Shown one piece after another: positions 18,406 to 27,376 of a DNA stretch of 64,000 bases. The notes beneath the pieces are model-generated. The model saw only the letters and a program-made list of their open reading frames with translations, was not told where the DNA came from and made no database searches. The number at the start of each line of letters is the position of its first letter. The stretch's first letter is position 1. Origin of the DNA: Candidatus Bathyarchaeota archaeon (lineage in GTDB: Archaea > Thermoproteota > Bathyarchaeia > Bathyarchaeales > Bathycorpusculaceae); contig CAWHDT010000005.1 of NCBI GenBank assembly GCA_963828195.1, positions 544,001 to 608,000 on the forward strand. Reading direction: 5' to 3'. Both the position numbers and the translations under genes were made by a program.

Positions 18406-18591
18406 CTAGCCTTCTGACAATTTTTTGAACCATACTGCGGATTGTATCAAAAATTCCAGCTGAAAATTGGTTAGGCTTGCCGCGTATTCTAGGGTGTAGT
18501 GGTAGAGGTTGACGACGGCTGCGAGGCGCTGGGCTTCGCCGCTCCAGCTAATCCAGTCATTGACCGCCTCACCGTTCGCGGTAAAAAACCC
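18406..18591 (-). other. Programmed -1 frameshift site and gpT-like extension of the tail chaperone
   Basis: Slippery G GGT TTT TTA at 18591-18582; the -1 frame stays open for 58 codons (TANGEAVNDWISWSGEAQRLAAVVNLYHYTLEYAASLTNFQLEFLIQSAVWFKKLSEG) to TAG at 18406-18408. Confidence 0.8.
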
Positions 18592-18944
18592 TCATTCAAC
18601 AGCGCCTTCTCCAAAGCACGCACAAGATCCCACGGTGCATCGCGAAAATCCTTCTCAGTCAAAGCGGGGTAACAAGGCTGCATCATCTTGAATAAGGCTT
18701 GCAACTCAAATTCGCGTTGATCATCCTTGTATTTTCTGCCAAGCTCGCTTAGTTCCTCATGACTAAGCAAAACGAATTTAACCCAGCCCGCGCCAGTCAC
18801 ATTAGCCTCCTGCGGAACCTTGCTGCTTTTGAGCAGGCCTACGCTGAAGTTTTTGAAACGCTCCCTCTGCTCAGCCTCATACTCGTTAAATGCTGCTTTA
18901 AGTTTCTCGAAACCTTCACTATCAAATTTTTCTTCACTCATCAA
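18489..18944 (-). CDS. Tail assembly chaperone (gpG-like)
   Basis: Between tail tube and tape measure; slippery site at NEGFL. Confidence 0.75.
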   Translation of the reverse strand: MMSEEKFDSEGFEKLKAAFNEYEAEQRERFKNFSVGLLKSSKVPQEANVTGAGWVKFVLLSHEELSELGRKYKDDQREFELQALFKMMQPCYPALTEKDFRDAPWDLVRALEKALLNEGFLPRTVRRSMTGLAGAAKPSASQPSSTSTTTP

Positions 18945-19033
18945 ATCATCTCATTAAATTGTTAATACAATTATCTGTGGTTGTTTCGCTGTGACTACAA
19001 TCGTTTATAGAGAGCATGCTATTCTGAACTCTA

Positions 19034-19255
19034 ATGATAAGTTTTGGAGGTGAATTTTTGGAAAACAAATCGCAGACGGGTGAGACTAAGAAGATGCGGT
19101 CTTTTACTTGTCCTACCTGCGGATGGACGGTGACATCGCCCTTTGGCGATGATGACATTATGCAAGACGTTATCCTTCATTCGAAAAATCATCACGGCGG
19201 TGGAGTAACTCAAAGCAACAGCGAAGCCGTAAAGAAAAGGATTAAAGATGTTTAG
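19034..19255 (+). CDS. Small metal-binding protein (DUF1059-like, cargo)
   Basis: FTCPTCGWTV...HSKNHH; on the strand opposite the viral genes. Confidence 0.65.
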   Translation: MISFGGEFLENKSQTGETKKMRSFTCPTCGWTVTSPFGDDDIMQDVILHSKNHHGGGVTQSNSEAVKKRIKDV

Positions 19256-19315
19256 ATTTCTTGAAACCTTCAACGTCAAATTTTTCTTCGTTATGTTCAC
19301 TCATATTTTCACCAA

Positions 19316-19387
19316 TTATTTCTCTTTCTTTTTGGGATAATGTTCAGGATGACGGCGCCTGTCGCTAACCCACGTTACTTCAACCAT
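19316..19387 (-). CDS. 23-aa viral micro-ORF
   Basis: MVEVTWVSDRRRHPEHYPKKKEK, preceded by SD-like AGGTGA. Confidence 0.35.
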   Translation of the reverse strand: MVEVTWVSDRRRHPEHYPKKKEK

Positions 19388-19457
19388 TCATTTTCACCTT
19401 TCAAATTTAACTCTAAAATTAAGAAACTGGGAAAAAACAAAGGAGCAGAGAAGTCAC

Positions 19458-19880
19458 TTAGAATGTACTTGAAGCCACAGTCTGTGCTTCACCGCTAACA
19501 TCGTTTGCAATGGTGCCTTTCTGGCCGTTTTTGACGCTGTAAGCTGTTAAGACAACGTTGCTCAAAGTGATTTTAGGCGTCCCCGACCCTGTAGTTGTGC
19601 CCTGTGGACCCCAAATAACTGTTACTAATGAGCCGTTTAGAACATCTGTAAGTAATGCTGCGTAGTTTGCTGGAACATATAGCGCTGAAGCTTTGAACGT
19701 GTAGGATTGGTTGCCGCTTGCCGTGAAAGCTGGCGACGGAGACCCGCCTGAAGCACAAACGTATTCCTTAATCATTTCTGCTTTGACATCCATAGTGAAG
19801 TCAGTGAGAAAGCCGATTGCTGAGCCGCCGACTTGGACAACTGCATTTCGACTTAGAACTGGCGTAGTTGCTAAACTCAT
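19458..19880 (-). CDS. Major tail tube protein
   Basis: 140 aa, beta-rich, Gly/Ser/Thr-rich; SD GAGGTGA; upstream of the chaperone. Confidence 0.75.
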   Translation of the reverse strand: MSLATTPVLSRNAVVQVGGSAIGFLTDFTMDVKAEMIKEYVCASGGSPSPAFTASGNQSYTFKASALYVPANYAALLTDVLNGSLVTVIWGPQGTTTGSGTPKITLSNVVLTAYSVKNGQKGTIANDVSGEAQTVASSTF

Positions 19881-20272
19881 ACTTTTTCACCTCGATTACA
19901 ATAATTACTCTAAAGTTCTTTCAACGATTATTTTTTAAGCAAGGTCAAAACAAAATAGAATTGTTGAATGCGCCTATGTCCAGACAACTTAAGTTAATGC
20001 TTTTGATTAATCTCTTGCTGAGTTTACTTTATGTTGCTCTAAGCTTTGGGGTTTGGAGCACTATCAATCAATGGAGCAACAATAACGTAGCAAGTTATTG
20101 GTCTCCTACTATAATAACGACCCATCTTATTCCCAACGTGCCTATTGTGCCCGCTGTTTATATCAACACATTGAATACACCCTTTCTGTTCTTTTGGGTT
20201 GTTCTTGCAGTAAATCTCTACTTTATCTTTAGGCTTCAAAGAAGCAACGAAACAAAACAGATTCCTTCTTAG
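19868..20272 (+). CDS. Two-TM membrane protein (cargo); true start probably near 19976
   Basis: Two hydrophobic helices; on the strand opposite the viral genes. Confidence 0.55.
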   Translation: MLNSYFFTSITIITLKFFQRLFFKQGQNKIELLNAPMSRQLKLMLLINLLLSLLYVALSFGVWSTINQWSNNNVASYWSPTIITTHLIPNVPIVPAVYINTLNTPFLFFWVVLAVNLYFIFRLQRSNETKQIPS

Positions 20273-20306
20273 ATTTCCCCATTAAATTTTCAGCTATTTT
20301 CTTTTT

Positions 20307-20669
20307 TTAACCCAGTAACAAATCTTTGATTTGCTGCTCAATCTCCAGTGCGAACTCAGGCAGATGCTGATTAACCGAGTTAGTCAGGAAAAGTCTTGCA
20401 GACATTTTCCTTGTGCCAAATTCCACGTAAAATGCATATGGCGCCGTCGCTTTCACTTTAAGTTGAAAATTGCTGGGCTGCTCAATCGCTAAGGTACTTT
20501 TTAAATAGCCTGTTCTGACTGGAACTAACGTGTTTGCAGTCGCCAAAATATTCTGCGCAACATTCATCATTGCCTGCTTCACAGCCTCCGGGTACTGCTC
20601 ACAAAGACACTCAAAGCAATGGCTCAGCAACTCAAAATTTGACAAGTTAACTGAAATTTGAACGCTCAA
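20307..20669 (-). CDS. HK97 gp10-family tail completion protein
   Basis: PVRTGYLKS...APYAFYVEFGTRKM.ARLFL. Confidence 0.9.
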   Translation of the reverse strand: MSVQISVNLSNFELLSHCFECLCEQYPEAVKQAMMNVAQNILATANTLVPVRTGYLKSTLAIEQPSNFQLKVKATAPYAFYVEFGTRKMSARLFLTNSVNQHLPEFALEIEQQIKDLLLG

Positions 20670-20776
20670 TTAAACACCCTCAAAACGAATAATGTAAACT
20701 AAATGAACATGACACTTTTTTTGTACATCACAAACAGTGTGCTCTTTTTTGCTTGGCTCAGGACAGAAAGTTGAAC

Positions 20777-21625
20777 TTAAGAGTTGAAAAGGTAGGGAAG
20801 ATTTTCTCCTGTTGAAGCATCAATCAAACTGGACCCAAAATTCGCGAGGAAAAACCCTGTCGTGTTTTCTATGGTTGTTATTTCCCAAGCGTACCTGTAA
20901 ATTACACCGGTGCCGTAAACGTCGGAGTAATTGGCAGGCGGGTTTGTTAGGGGACTCAGCGAAAGTTGTATTGGGCCATTGATGCCCTCTTGTTCCATGT
21001 AGTACACAAGATAGACATTCACAACCGTTCCTTGGAGTGATGTTTTGGTCCAGCCTGCGGCTTTTAACGCGATTATTAAAGCCTGGTACATCGAGATCGG
21101 AGGCGAAAACGAAGAGTTAACGTTTGAGGTAGGGATTACTCCGAATTCATTATAGTATGCGGCTGCGTCTTTTCCGTTTAATTGATTAAATTCTTTCTGA
21201 AGAGCAGTTGTTTGATTGTACTGGTATAATGCAATTGCCGAGCTTGCGATTAAGAGAGCCACAAGCAGCAAGGAAACTGATTTCAAAACCATTTTGCTGT
21301 TGAAACGGCGGGTATGAATTTTTTCAGGATGTTTTGTTCTGAACTCAGATGCGTTCTCTACTGTTTGTACTGTTAATAGGGCGTCTTTTCCTTGATCAGA
21401 GAGGCAATATTTTCCGTACTCGTCAGTTTTTATCAAGCCATTTAATTTGGTTAAGTGATGTTGAAGATGTCCGCTGCTGTCAATTGCAGTCTTCTTCTTT
21501 AAGTCTGCAAAGCCGAGAGGGCCTTCACTTAGAGCCTTTAAGATAACAATGCGCGTAGGGTGACCTAAGGCATCAAAAACTTCTGCGCGTTGCCTATCAT
21601 TCTCCACTTGCCCTTCGTCTTCCAC
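20777..21625 (-). CDS. ArsR-type winged-helix regulator with TM anchor and extracellular domain (cargo)
   Basis: FDALGHPTRIVILKAL...SSGHLQHHL; TM LLLVALLIASSAIAL; C-terminal IDASTGE. Confidence 0.8.
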   Translation of the reverse strand: MEDEGQVENDRQRAEVFDALGHPTRIVILKALSEGPLGFADLKKKTAIDSSGHLQHHLTKLNGLIKTDEYGKYCLSDQGKDALLTVQTVENASEFRTKHPEKIHTRRFNSKMVLKSVSLLLVALLIASSAIALYQYNQTTALQKEFNQLNGKDAAAYYNEFGVIPTSNVNSSFSPPISMYQALIIALKAAGWTKTSLQGTVVNVYLVYYMEQEGINGPIQLSLSPLTNPPANYSDVYGTGVIYRYAWEITTIENTTGFFLANFGSSLIDASTGENLPYLFNS

Positions 21626-21754
21626 TTTCCTTCAACCTGAAGGTGTCATATCCATTAAACTATTTAATGCCTCGTTTGTAGACACACCGGATAAGACAAT
21701 TAAATTTAAGTCCAGTTTTCTGGACTAACAGACTCTGGCAATGCTTCCAGAATT

Positions 21755-21874
21755 CTATGCTATTTTTGTTACCCTGTGCTCTACCAGAACCTGAGCGCCG
21801 TTCTTGTAAGTTATAACCCATGAGCTAAATTTTGTCTTAAATTTCTGGTTTGCCGCCCTTTTTTGTTCTGCCAT
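21755..21874 (-). CDS. 39-aa small ORF (probably viral)
   Basis: MAEQKRAANQKFKTKFSSWVITYKNGAQVLVEHRVTKIA with SD-like GGTGGAG. Confidence 0.45.
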   Translation of the reverse strand: MAEQKRAANQKFKTKFSSWVITYKNGAQVLVEHRVTKIA

Positions 21875-21980
21875 TTGCTCCACCTGCCTGTTTCATCAAA
21901 ATTGCCTCTTTTGAAAGGCCAATCCGCCATCCAAACCCATAAATGAAAGAAGATTCTGAATAGACCTCAGTGATGAGCCT

Positions 21981-22280
21981 TTGGTTAATTGCCCAAAGTG
22001 TGGTACACACCTAAACGCTAGAAGTCAACTGTTATACCCCCAAGAAATAACTTGTCCAAACTACTCGTCAAGACTTCAAATTACGCTCAGCACAAGAATT
22101 ATTGGTGCCATTCCCGGTCCTCTCCTTATCGCTCTGATCATCTTGCTTTCTCAAGCTTATTGGACAAGCTTTAGCATCGTTGACTTTCTGGCTACGTTAT
22201 GGGTGTTTATCGGAGTCTGGATCATTATTTATCTAACAGTTTTCTACTCTAAATTATTCAAATTCAAGATTGCAAAGTGA
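21981..22280 (+). CDS. Zn-ribbon membrane protein (cargo)
   Basis: CPKC...CPNY followed by two TM helices. Confidence 0.55.
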   Translation: MVNCPKCGTHLNARSQLLYPQEITCPNYSSRLQITLSTRIIGAIPGPLLIALIILLSQAYWTSFSIVDFLATLWVFIGVWIIIYLTVFYSKLFKFKIAK

Positions 22281-22358
22281 AGGGCAAAAAAATCTTCCAA
22301 TTTTAACTAATTGTTCCGTGTCCTTTTCGCATAAAGGTTTTATCAAAGTGTAATTCAC

Positions 22359-22796
22359 TCAAGTTGAAATATGGAAGTAAACGGCGTCAATGTTGATCAT
22401 AACGCGGGTTGCTTCAGTTGCGTTACTGTGAATCGGCTCTCCGGTTACGGCATAGTTTGGGTCTTGCAAGTGTATGATGCGGGTAACTTCAGCCTGCAAT
22501 GCCTCCAAAGTGGATTCTGCAGTCGCTAAATCAGTTGTGCTTTGGCTAGCGTTAACAACAATTATGTCAAGAACAAGTTTTTCAGTGACCAGGTAACATT
22601 CATGGCTAAGCGCATCCACCTGCTTCGCGGAACTTGCATTATACACAGCTACTTGCAAAGTGCCTTTTCCCATCGTAACCCCAAGTGCATCCATGCGAGT
22701 GGTAGGCCACAAAATATTGGCAACCGCCTGTGGACTTGTAAGACTCCAATTATCCTGCAGCAACTCTGAAACCGCCATGGCTTGATTAATCGACAT
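22359..22796 (-). CDS. Putative tail terminator / neck protein
   Basis: 145 aa, located in the head-tail joining module. Confidence 0.55.
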   Translation of the reverse strand: MSINQAMAVSELLQDNWSLTSPQAVANILWPTTRMDALGVTMGKGTLQVAVYNASSAKQVDALSHECYLVTEKLVLDIIVVNASQSTTDLATAESTLEALQAEVTRIIHLQDPNYAVTGEPIHSNATEATRVMINIDAVYFHIST

Positions 22797-22799
22797 TCT

Positions 22800-22994
22800 C
22801 TATGCACCCGTTTCACATTCGCTACCGATCACTTCAAGATCGTAACCTTCACGCTTAAGCCGCTCAAACTCAGCACTTGACAATACGGTGTTGACACCGT
22901 TGACCTTGGCAACTATGTGGGTTTTTCGGATTTTGAAGGCGCCAACTATGGCGTTTTCAGTGATCACTACGCCGGGCTGATTTGACTCGCTCAT
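22800..22994 (-). CDS. Small viral hypothetical protein
   Basis: 64 aa, start overlaps the upstream stop. Confidence 0.55.
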   Translation of the reverse strand: MSESNQPGVVITENAIVGAFKIRKTHIVAKVNGVNTVLSSAEFERLKREGYDLEVIGSECETGA

Positions 22995-23785
22995 GGATTT
23001 ATGAGGCCTCCACGGTACCTAGGCACTTCTTGGCCTAATCGCGCCTCCGCAGCAACAGCAACAGTTGAAAGATTCATCACGTTTCGGGTGAAACTAGCCT
23101 GGAAACTCTGCACTGCACTCTGCAGGGCGAATTTTCCAACCGTGCCTTTAGTTACGAATAAGTCGCCGAGTTTGTAATCTGTTGCGCCCAAAAGCATGCC
23201 GCCGCTTGCAGCCACCAAAACGCCCATGCATGCAAGGTCAAGGGCAGCTAGCTGCGCAAACGGGTACCGAGGATCCATCGACGTTAGGGATGGGACAAGG
23301 CTACTGAGGTACAGGTTTGCGTGGTTAACCTGAGCTTGAATGCCTTGCTGGGAGACGGGTAACCAATAAACGGTATAGTTTCCGGAGCTGTCAGGTCCCT
23401 GAACGTTTAGATGCGACATAACCTCGCTGAAGCTCGTGTAAGCTGGAGCCGCCGAGGATGTTGATGGCTGCAGAGGGAAAATCACGTAGAAAACGCCGAC
23501 AGTTGGAAAAGTCTGCGTCGCGCCGCCGAGCAAAGTAACTATGAAGACTCCCGTGCAGACGCCAAACTGGTTAGTGTCGCCTGACTGCCAAGCATACTGG
23601 ACGGTGCCAGCCGACGCATTAACCACATTCGCGGATTTGGCGAATAAGACATGCCCATTTTGGCTAAGCTGAAAACTGACTGTACAGCCTGTTAAGTTAA
23701 ATGCTGAGCCGTCGCTATTTTGCAACGTTGCATTAACGCAAGGCAAAAGGTCGCCTGTGTTTATTTCTAAGCTTGGAATACTCAT
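22991..23785 (-). CDS. BppU-like N-terminal domain fused to a putative head-tail adaptor
   Basis: GDLLP...DGSAFNLTGCTVSF...GTVQYAWQSGDT...TFPT; helical C-terminal half (YTSFSEVMSHL). Confidence 0.65.
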   Translation of the reverse strand: MSIPSLEINTGDLLPCVNATLQNSDGSAFNLTGCTVSFQLSQNGHVLFAKSANVVNASAGTVQYAWQSGDTNQFGVCTGVFIVTLLGGATQTFPTVGVFYVIFPLQPSTSSAAPAYTSFSEVMSHLNVQGPDSSGNYTVYWLPVSQQGIQAQVNHANLYLSSLVPSLTSMDPRYPFAQLAALDLACMGVLVAASGGMLLGATDYKLGDLFVTKGTVGKFALQSAVQSFQASFTRNVMNLSTVAVAAEARLGQEVPRYRGGLINP

Positions 23786-23796
23786 TTTAAATCACC

Positions 23797-26091
23797 TTAA
23801 TCTGAATCAGACTCAAGCATTACCGTGCCCTTACTGCCTTGAAGCGTAACGGTGCCGCTTCCAGCCTGAATCACAACAGAATGGGTTGCAACCCGCGCAG
23901 AAAACACAACTGCGACGTCAATGCCCGAACTCTCGTCAGAGACGGAGATAGGAATAGAAACCACAAGTTCATTTACGCCCGAGCCCACGTCACTTATCAA
24001 AGTGCTAATGCTAACGAAAAGCAAGTCTAAACCAGATCCCGCATCAGCCAAGAAAACCTGAGCTAAAACGCTTAAACCATCAGAACTGCGCCCTAAATCA
24101 CCAAGATTCACGGGAGCCCCGATCAATACAGAGTCAACGCCAAGCCCCACATCGCCCAGCGGAACCTGCGAGTTTAAACCTGCCACGGCGTCAGAGCCTT
24201 GTCCTGAATCAGTAAGAGGTATTTGAGCCTGCAAATTCGCTGCTGAATCTACTCCAGAGCCTACATCAGAGACGGGTATCGAAGTTTGAATCTCAAGATT
24301 ATCCGTTCCTGAACTCGCATCTGAAAGCTGTGGATTTGCTCCGGCATTAATCGATGCGGAATCTACACCTTGCGCTATATCTGAAATTGGAACCGTTGCC
24401 TGTAATGAAGCTAAAGCATCTCCGCCTGATCCTGCATCAAACAGAGGCAAAGAAGCTGCTACGCTGACTCCTACAGGCCCGATGTAGCCATTTGAAACTA
24501 TGCAGTCGCCGTAGTCAAGTGTAAATGCTGCAGGTATGTTGGTGTACGGTATGCCGAATTCGCATTGACCAATAATTCCATATTGGGTTGTGTTGACGCC
24601 CCAATCGCTAAGGATTAGAGAGCCGTTAAGCCACACTTCTGCGCCGCCCGTCGTCGATATGAGGGTGTACAGTTCGATGCAGTACCACTGGCCTATAGTG
24701 GGCGTGAACGCGTAGTCGATGTAGTCCCATGAAGAACCGTTTGCGCATTGAAGAAAAATACACGGTGCGCCGAGGTTCCAGCCTAGCGCAACCGATGTTA
24801 TAGTCACAAAAGTTGATCCGTTGATATGCTCGAGAAAATCCAAGCTTTGACCTGCCCCAGCTGGAATGCAATTGAGGCTGTTAAAGCGGATATAGATGCG
24901 CGAATGAGCAGCGGTATAAGCGACACCGCTTAACCTTGTCTCGGCGACCGTGTCAGAGCCGCCGACAGTTCCAACTTCACATCCGTAAGCGCCTGAATGC
25001 GCCGCTGAAGCCAAAACCTGCAATGTACCGCCGTCAAGCTGCTGGGTTCCGCTCCATTTACTCGTATCTCCACTCGCAAAGTTATCAGCAAAAAGCGTAA
25101 ACGGACACGCAGGATCACCGTCAGAACCGTATCCGTTATCTAAAACCGTTTCTGCAATCCCAGTTAACGATTGAACAACATCCGACCCCAGTCCAGAATC
25201 ATTCACAGTCATTGCGCTACCGCTTGCAACCGATACCGAGTCTGAACCTGACCCAGCATCTGACGCAGAGAAAGTTATGACGCGAACACCGTTTGGAGCA
25301 TCAGCCGCTATGGCATCATCAAAATACGCCGTGTAGCCAGCGCCTACTTGAAGCCCAATAATTTGTGCATTAGCAGTCAAAGTTAATCCTGTAGTAGTGA
25401 TTACCTGAGTGCCGTTAAACCAAAAAGCCGCCGTTCCGCCTGTTCCTGACGCTTCGTTGTAGCTGATTTCGCAGCAATACCAAATGCCAGTGCTTAAGGA
25501 TACATTGTAAGTGTTACCGTTTAAACTAAAATACAGACCTGCAGCTGTTGAGTAATTGACTTGCAGGTAGACTTCGTAGCTCCAAGAATCATCGTAAATA
25601 AACATTATAGTCTCAAAAGCACCGTTTGTGCTGGGCAAATTTGCAAAGTTCACGTATGCTCGCCAGTAAAGCGTGGCGTGTGAGGCCGCCAAGGTTTTGT
25701 AGATGTAGGCGTTGCCGCTTGACGGGTTGATTTTGGCTGAGTAAGAATCCTGCGTGTTTACAGGTGAACTTACGACTGAGCAGGTTCCACTTGTTGACCA
25801 ACCGCCGCCAGTAAAGTTTCCTGATGCGAAAGTGTCGCTGAAAAGCACCGTGAAAAACTGCGTAAGGTAATTGCGTTCAAAGGCGCTTATGCGCGGGAAA
25901 ATATGTTCATGAACATACAATTCAAGTCTCGCTTTATCTTGCAAACCCGAAAACGGAACTTTAAGCGTCAGCGGATATTTTTCTCCACAATGTGGACATT
26001 CATGGCTATTCTGCTTGACTTCTCGCCGGCATTTTGGGCAGATATGCGTCCACATTGGCAAGTAACGCCTAAGCCAAACTGGAATATGCAT
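23797..26091 (-). CDS. Virion fibre/adhesin with Zn ribbon, two LamG/lectin-like domains and about 10 D-x-G-x-G-x-D repeats
   Basis: CPKC...CPHC; GIWYCCEI...FWFNG and GQWYCIEL...VWLNG; repeats such as VSDVGSGVD and LTDSGQGSD. Confidence 0.7.
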   Translation of the reverse strand: MHIPVWLRRYLPMWTHICPKCRREVKQNSHECPHCGEKYPLTLKVPFSGLQDKARLELYVHEHIFPRISAFERNYLTQFFTVLFSDTFASGNFTGGGWSTSGTCSVVSSPVNTQDSYSAKINPSSGNAYIYKTLAASHATLYWRAYVNFANLPSTNGAFETIMFIYDDSWSYEVYLQVNYSTAAGLYFSLNGNTYNVSLSTGIWYCCEISYNEASGTGGTAAFWFNGTQVITTTGLTLTANAQIIGLQVGAGYTAYFDDAIAADAPNGVRVITFSASDAGSGSDSVSVASGSAMTVNDSGLGSDVVQSLTGIAETVLDNGYGSDGDPACPFTLFADNFASGDTSKWSGTQQLDGGTLQVLASAAHSGAYGCEVGTVGGSDTVAETRLSGVAYTAAHSRIYIRFNSLNCIPAGAGQSLDFLEHINGSTFVTITSVALGWNLGAPCIFLQCANGSSWDYIDYAFTPTIGQWYCIELYTLISTTGGAEVWLNGSLILSDWGVNTTQYGIIGQCEFGIPYTNIPAAFTLDYGDCIVSNGYIGPVGVSVAASLPLFDAGSGGDALASLQATVPISDIAQGVDSASINAGANPQLSDASSGTDNLEIQTSIPVSDVGSGVDSAANLQAQIPLTDSGQGSDAVAGLNSQVPLGDVGLGVDSVLIGAPVNLGDLGRSSDGLSVLAQVFLADAGSGLDLLFVSISTLISDVGSGVNELVVSIPISVSDESSGIDVAVVFSARVATHSVVIQAGSGTVTLQGSKGTVMLESDSD

Positions 26092-26162
26092 AGCGGGTAC
26101 CTCAAAGCATAATTTATTTTTACTTTAAAAAAGGGAAAATGAGGGAAGTTAACATTCAGTCT

Positions 26163-26786
26163 TTACGACCAAGTAATGCTTAAAGTTAATGCCCACGTCT
26201 GGCCGCTTGTTTTTGTTCCCTGGAACGACACCAGTCTGTTTAAGCATACTCCGCTGCCTTTCGTGCTTGCATTTGAAACAACGAATTCGTTCCACGCATA
26301 ATTTGCACTTGATGATCCGAAACTCGCTTGCCAAGAAAGTGTTTGCCCTGATAGCGATGGGTAGCTTGATTGCATGCCAACGTAGGTGTAGTTTGTTGAT
26401 GCCTGAAGGTCTGTCTGTGTTGCTGCTGCCGCTGTTGAGGAATCCCCAACCCCGAGGTATGCATTTGCGTTGTTCCAGGCGGCAGGCGGCGACGATAAGC
26501 CAGCAATCAATTTCTCGAAGCCCTGTATTCCGGTATTGAGGCATATGTTGCCCTTAGCATTTGGGTGCCCAGTGAACCGGGCGATGCCTAAAAGCCTGTG
26601 CGGAAACAAGTTTGCTATATGCTCCTGCTTGAATCCCCCTTTAAGCATTCTTTCGACCAAGCCGTCTTCATCCCAAAACTTGAAAATTGTCCATCGGGTC
26701 CTATGCGTGCATCTGTCACGTACCTGCGCCACGTTTTTGGCAGTCACGTAGTCGTTGCTTCGCGCTTTATCGTTTGCTTTAAGCAT
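26163..26786 (-). CDS. Viral structural protein (fibre-associated)
   Basis: AYLGVGDSSTAAAATQTDLQ...ANYAWNEF...GTKTSGQTW. Confidence 0.7.
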   Translation of the reverse strand: MLKANDKARSNDYVTAKNVAQVRDRCTHRTRWTIFKFWDEDGLVERMLKGGFKQEHIANLFPHRLLGIARFTGHPNAKGNICLNTGIQGFEKLIAGLSSPPAAWNNANAYLGVGDSSTAAAATQTDLQASTNYTYVGMQSSYPSLSGQTLSWQASFGSSSANYAWNEFVVSNASTKGSGVCLNRLVSFQGTKTSGQTWALTLSITWS

Positions 26787-26940
26787 GAATAACCGCTCCG
26801 TCTAATATCGCCTGGAGGCTCAACAATTGTTGCTTAGACAAAACCATGTCTATGTCTGCACTTGTATGTTTAAGCCGCAGTTTGCCATCAGATTCCTTTG
26901 ACAGTTGCCAATCTTTGTTTTCCACTATTATTTGACTCAT
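26779..26940 (-). CDS. 53-aa viral hypothetical protein (not in ORF track)
   Basis: MSQIIVENKDWQLSKESDGKLRLKHTSADIDMVLSKQQLLSLQAILDGAVIHA; SD AGGAG; overlaps the next start. Confidence 0.55.
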   Translation of the reverse strand: MSQIIVENKDWQLSKESDGKLRLKHTSADIDMVLSKQQLLSLQAILDGAVIHA

Positions 26941-27001
26941 TTTCTTTTTCTCCTAAATTCTAAATTAATTTAAAGCCTCAACTCAAAAAACGAGGAAAGA
27001 T

Positions 27002-27247
27002 TTAGTTTTTAGCGGCTGAATTTGAGCTTGCCGCTCCAGCTTTCACTTCTTGGGCGCCAGCAACAATATCCTGTGTACCCTACGTTGTATCGCCATTATA
27101 GTATTCTTCAGTGCCCTTAGCCATCATGCCTACGCCGCCAGCGATCATGCCCAGGCTAGTCGCTGTGCCGCCGTAAATAGCCGAAACCATGCCAGCAAGA
27201 GTAGTAACTGCGCCAAGAAAAGTCAAGATTTTATCACCATTCTGCAT
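27002..27247 (-). pseudogene. Small two-TM viral protein interrupted by an in-frame TAG at 27080-27082
   Basis: MQNGDKILTFLGAV...YYNGDTT*GTQDIVAGAQEVKAGAASSNSAAKN; SD GAGGTGA before ATG at 27247. Confidence 0.45.
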
Positions 27248-27376
27248 ACTTTCACCTCTCAAAACTTTTGTTTGCCCGTTTCTCCCAGCCAAGAAGCCAA
27301 AACAAGATAGCTTCTTCAACTGGACAAAAAAATAAAAATGGAAACTAAACGTAGAGACCCAAACGAAACAGCAAGT

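Noticed and set aside
23797-24460. Diversity-generating retroelement target in the fibre gene
   Set aside because: No reverse transcriptase and no template/variable repeat pair with adenine-specific differences was seen.
27050-27110. BHB intron around the TAG of the small membrane gene
   Set aside because: No 4-bp helix flanked by two 3-nt bulges could be drawn.
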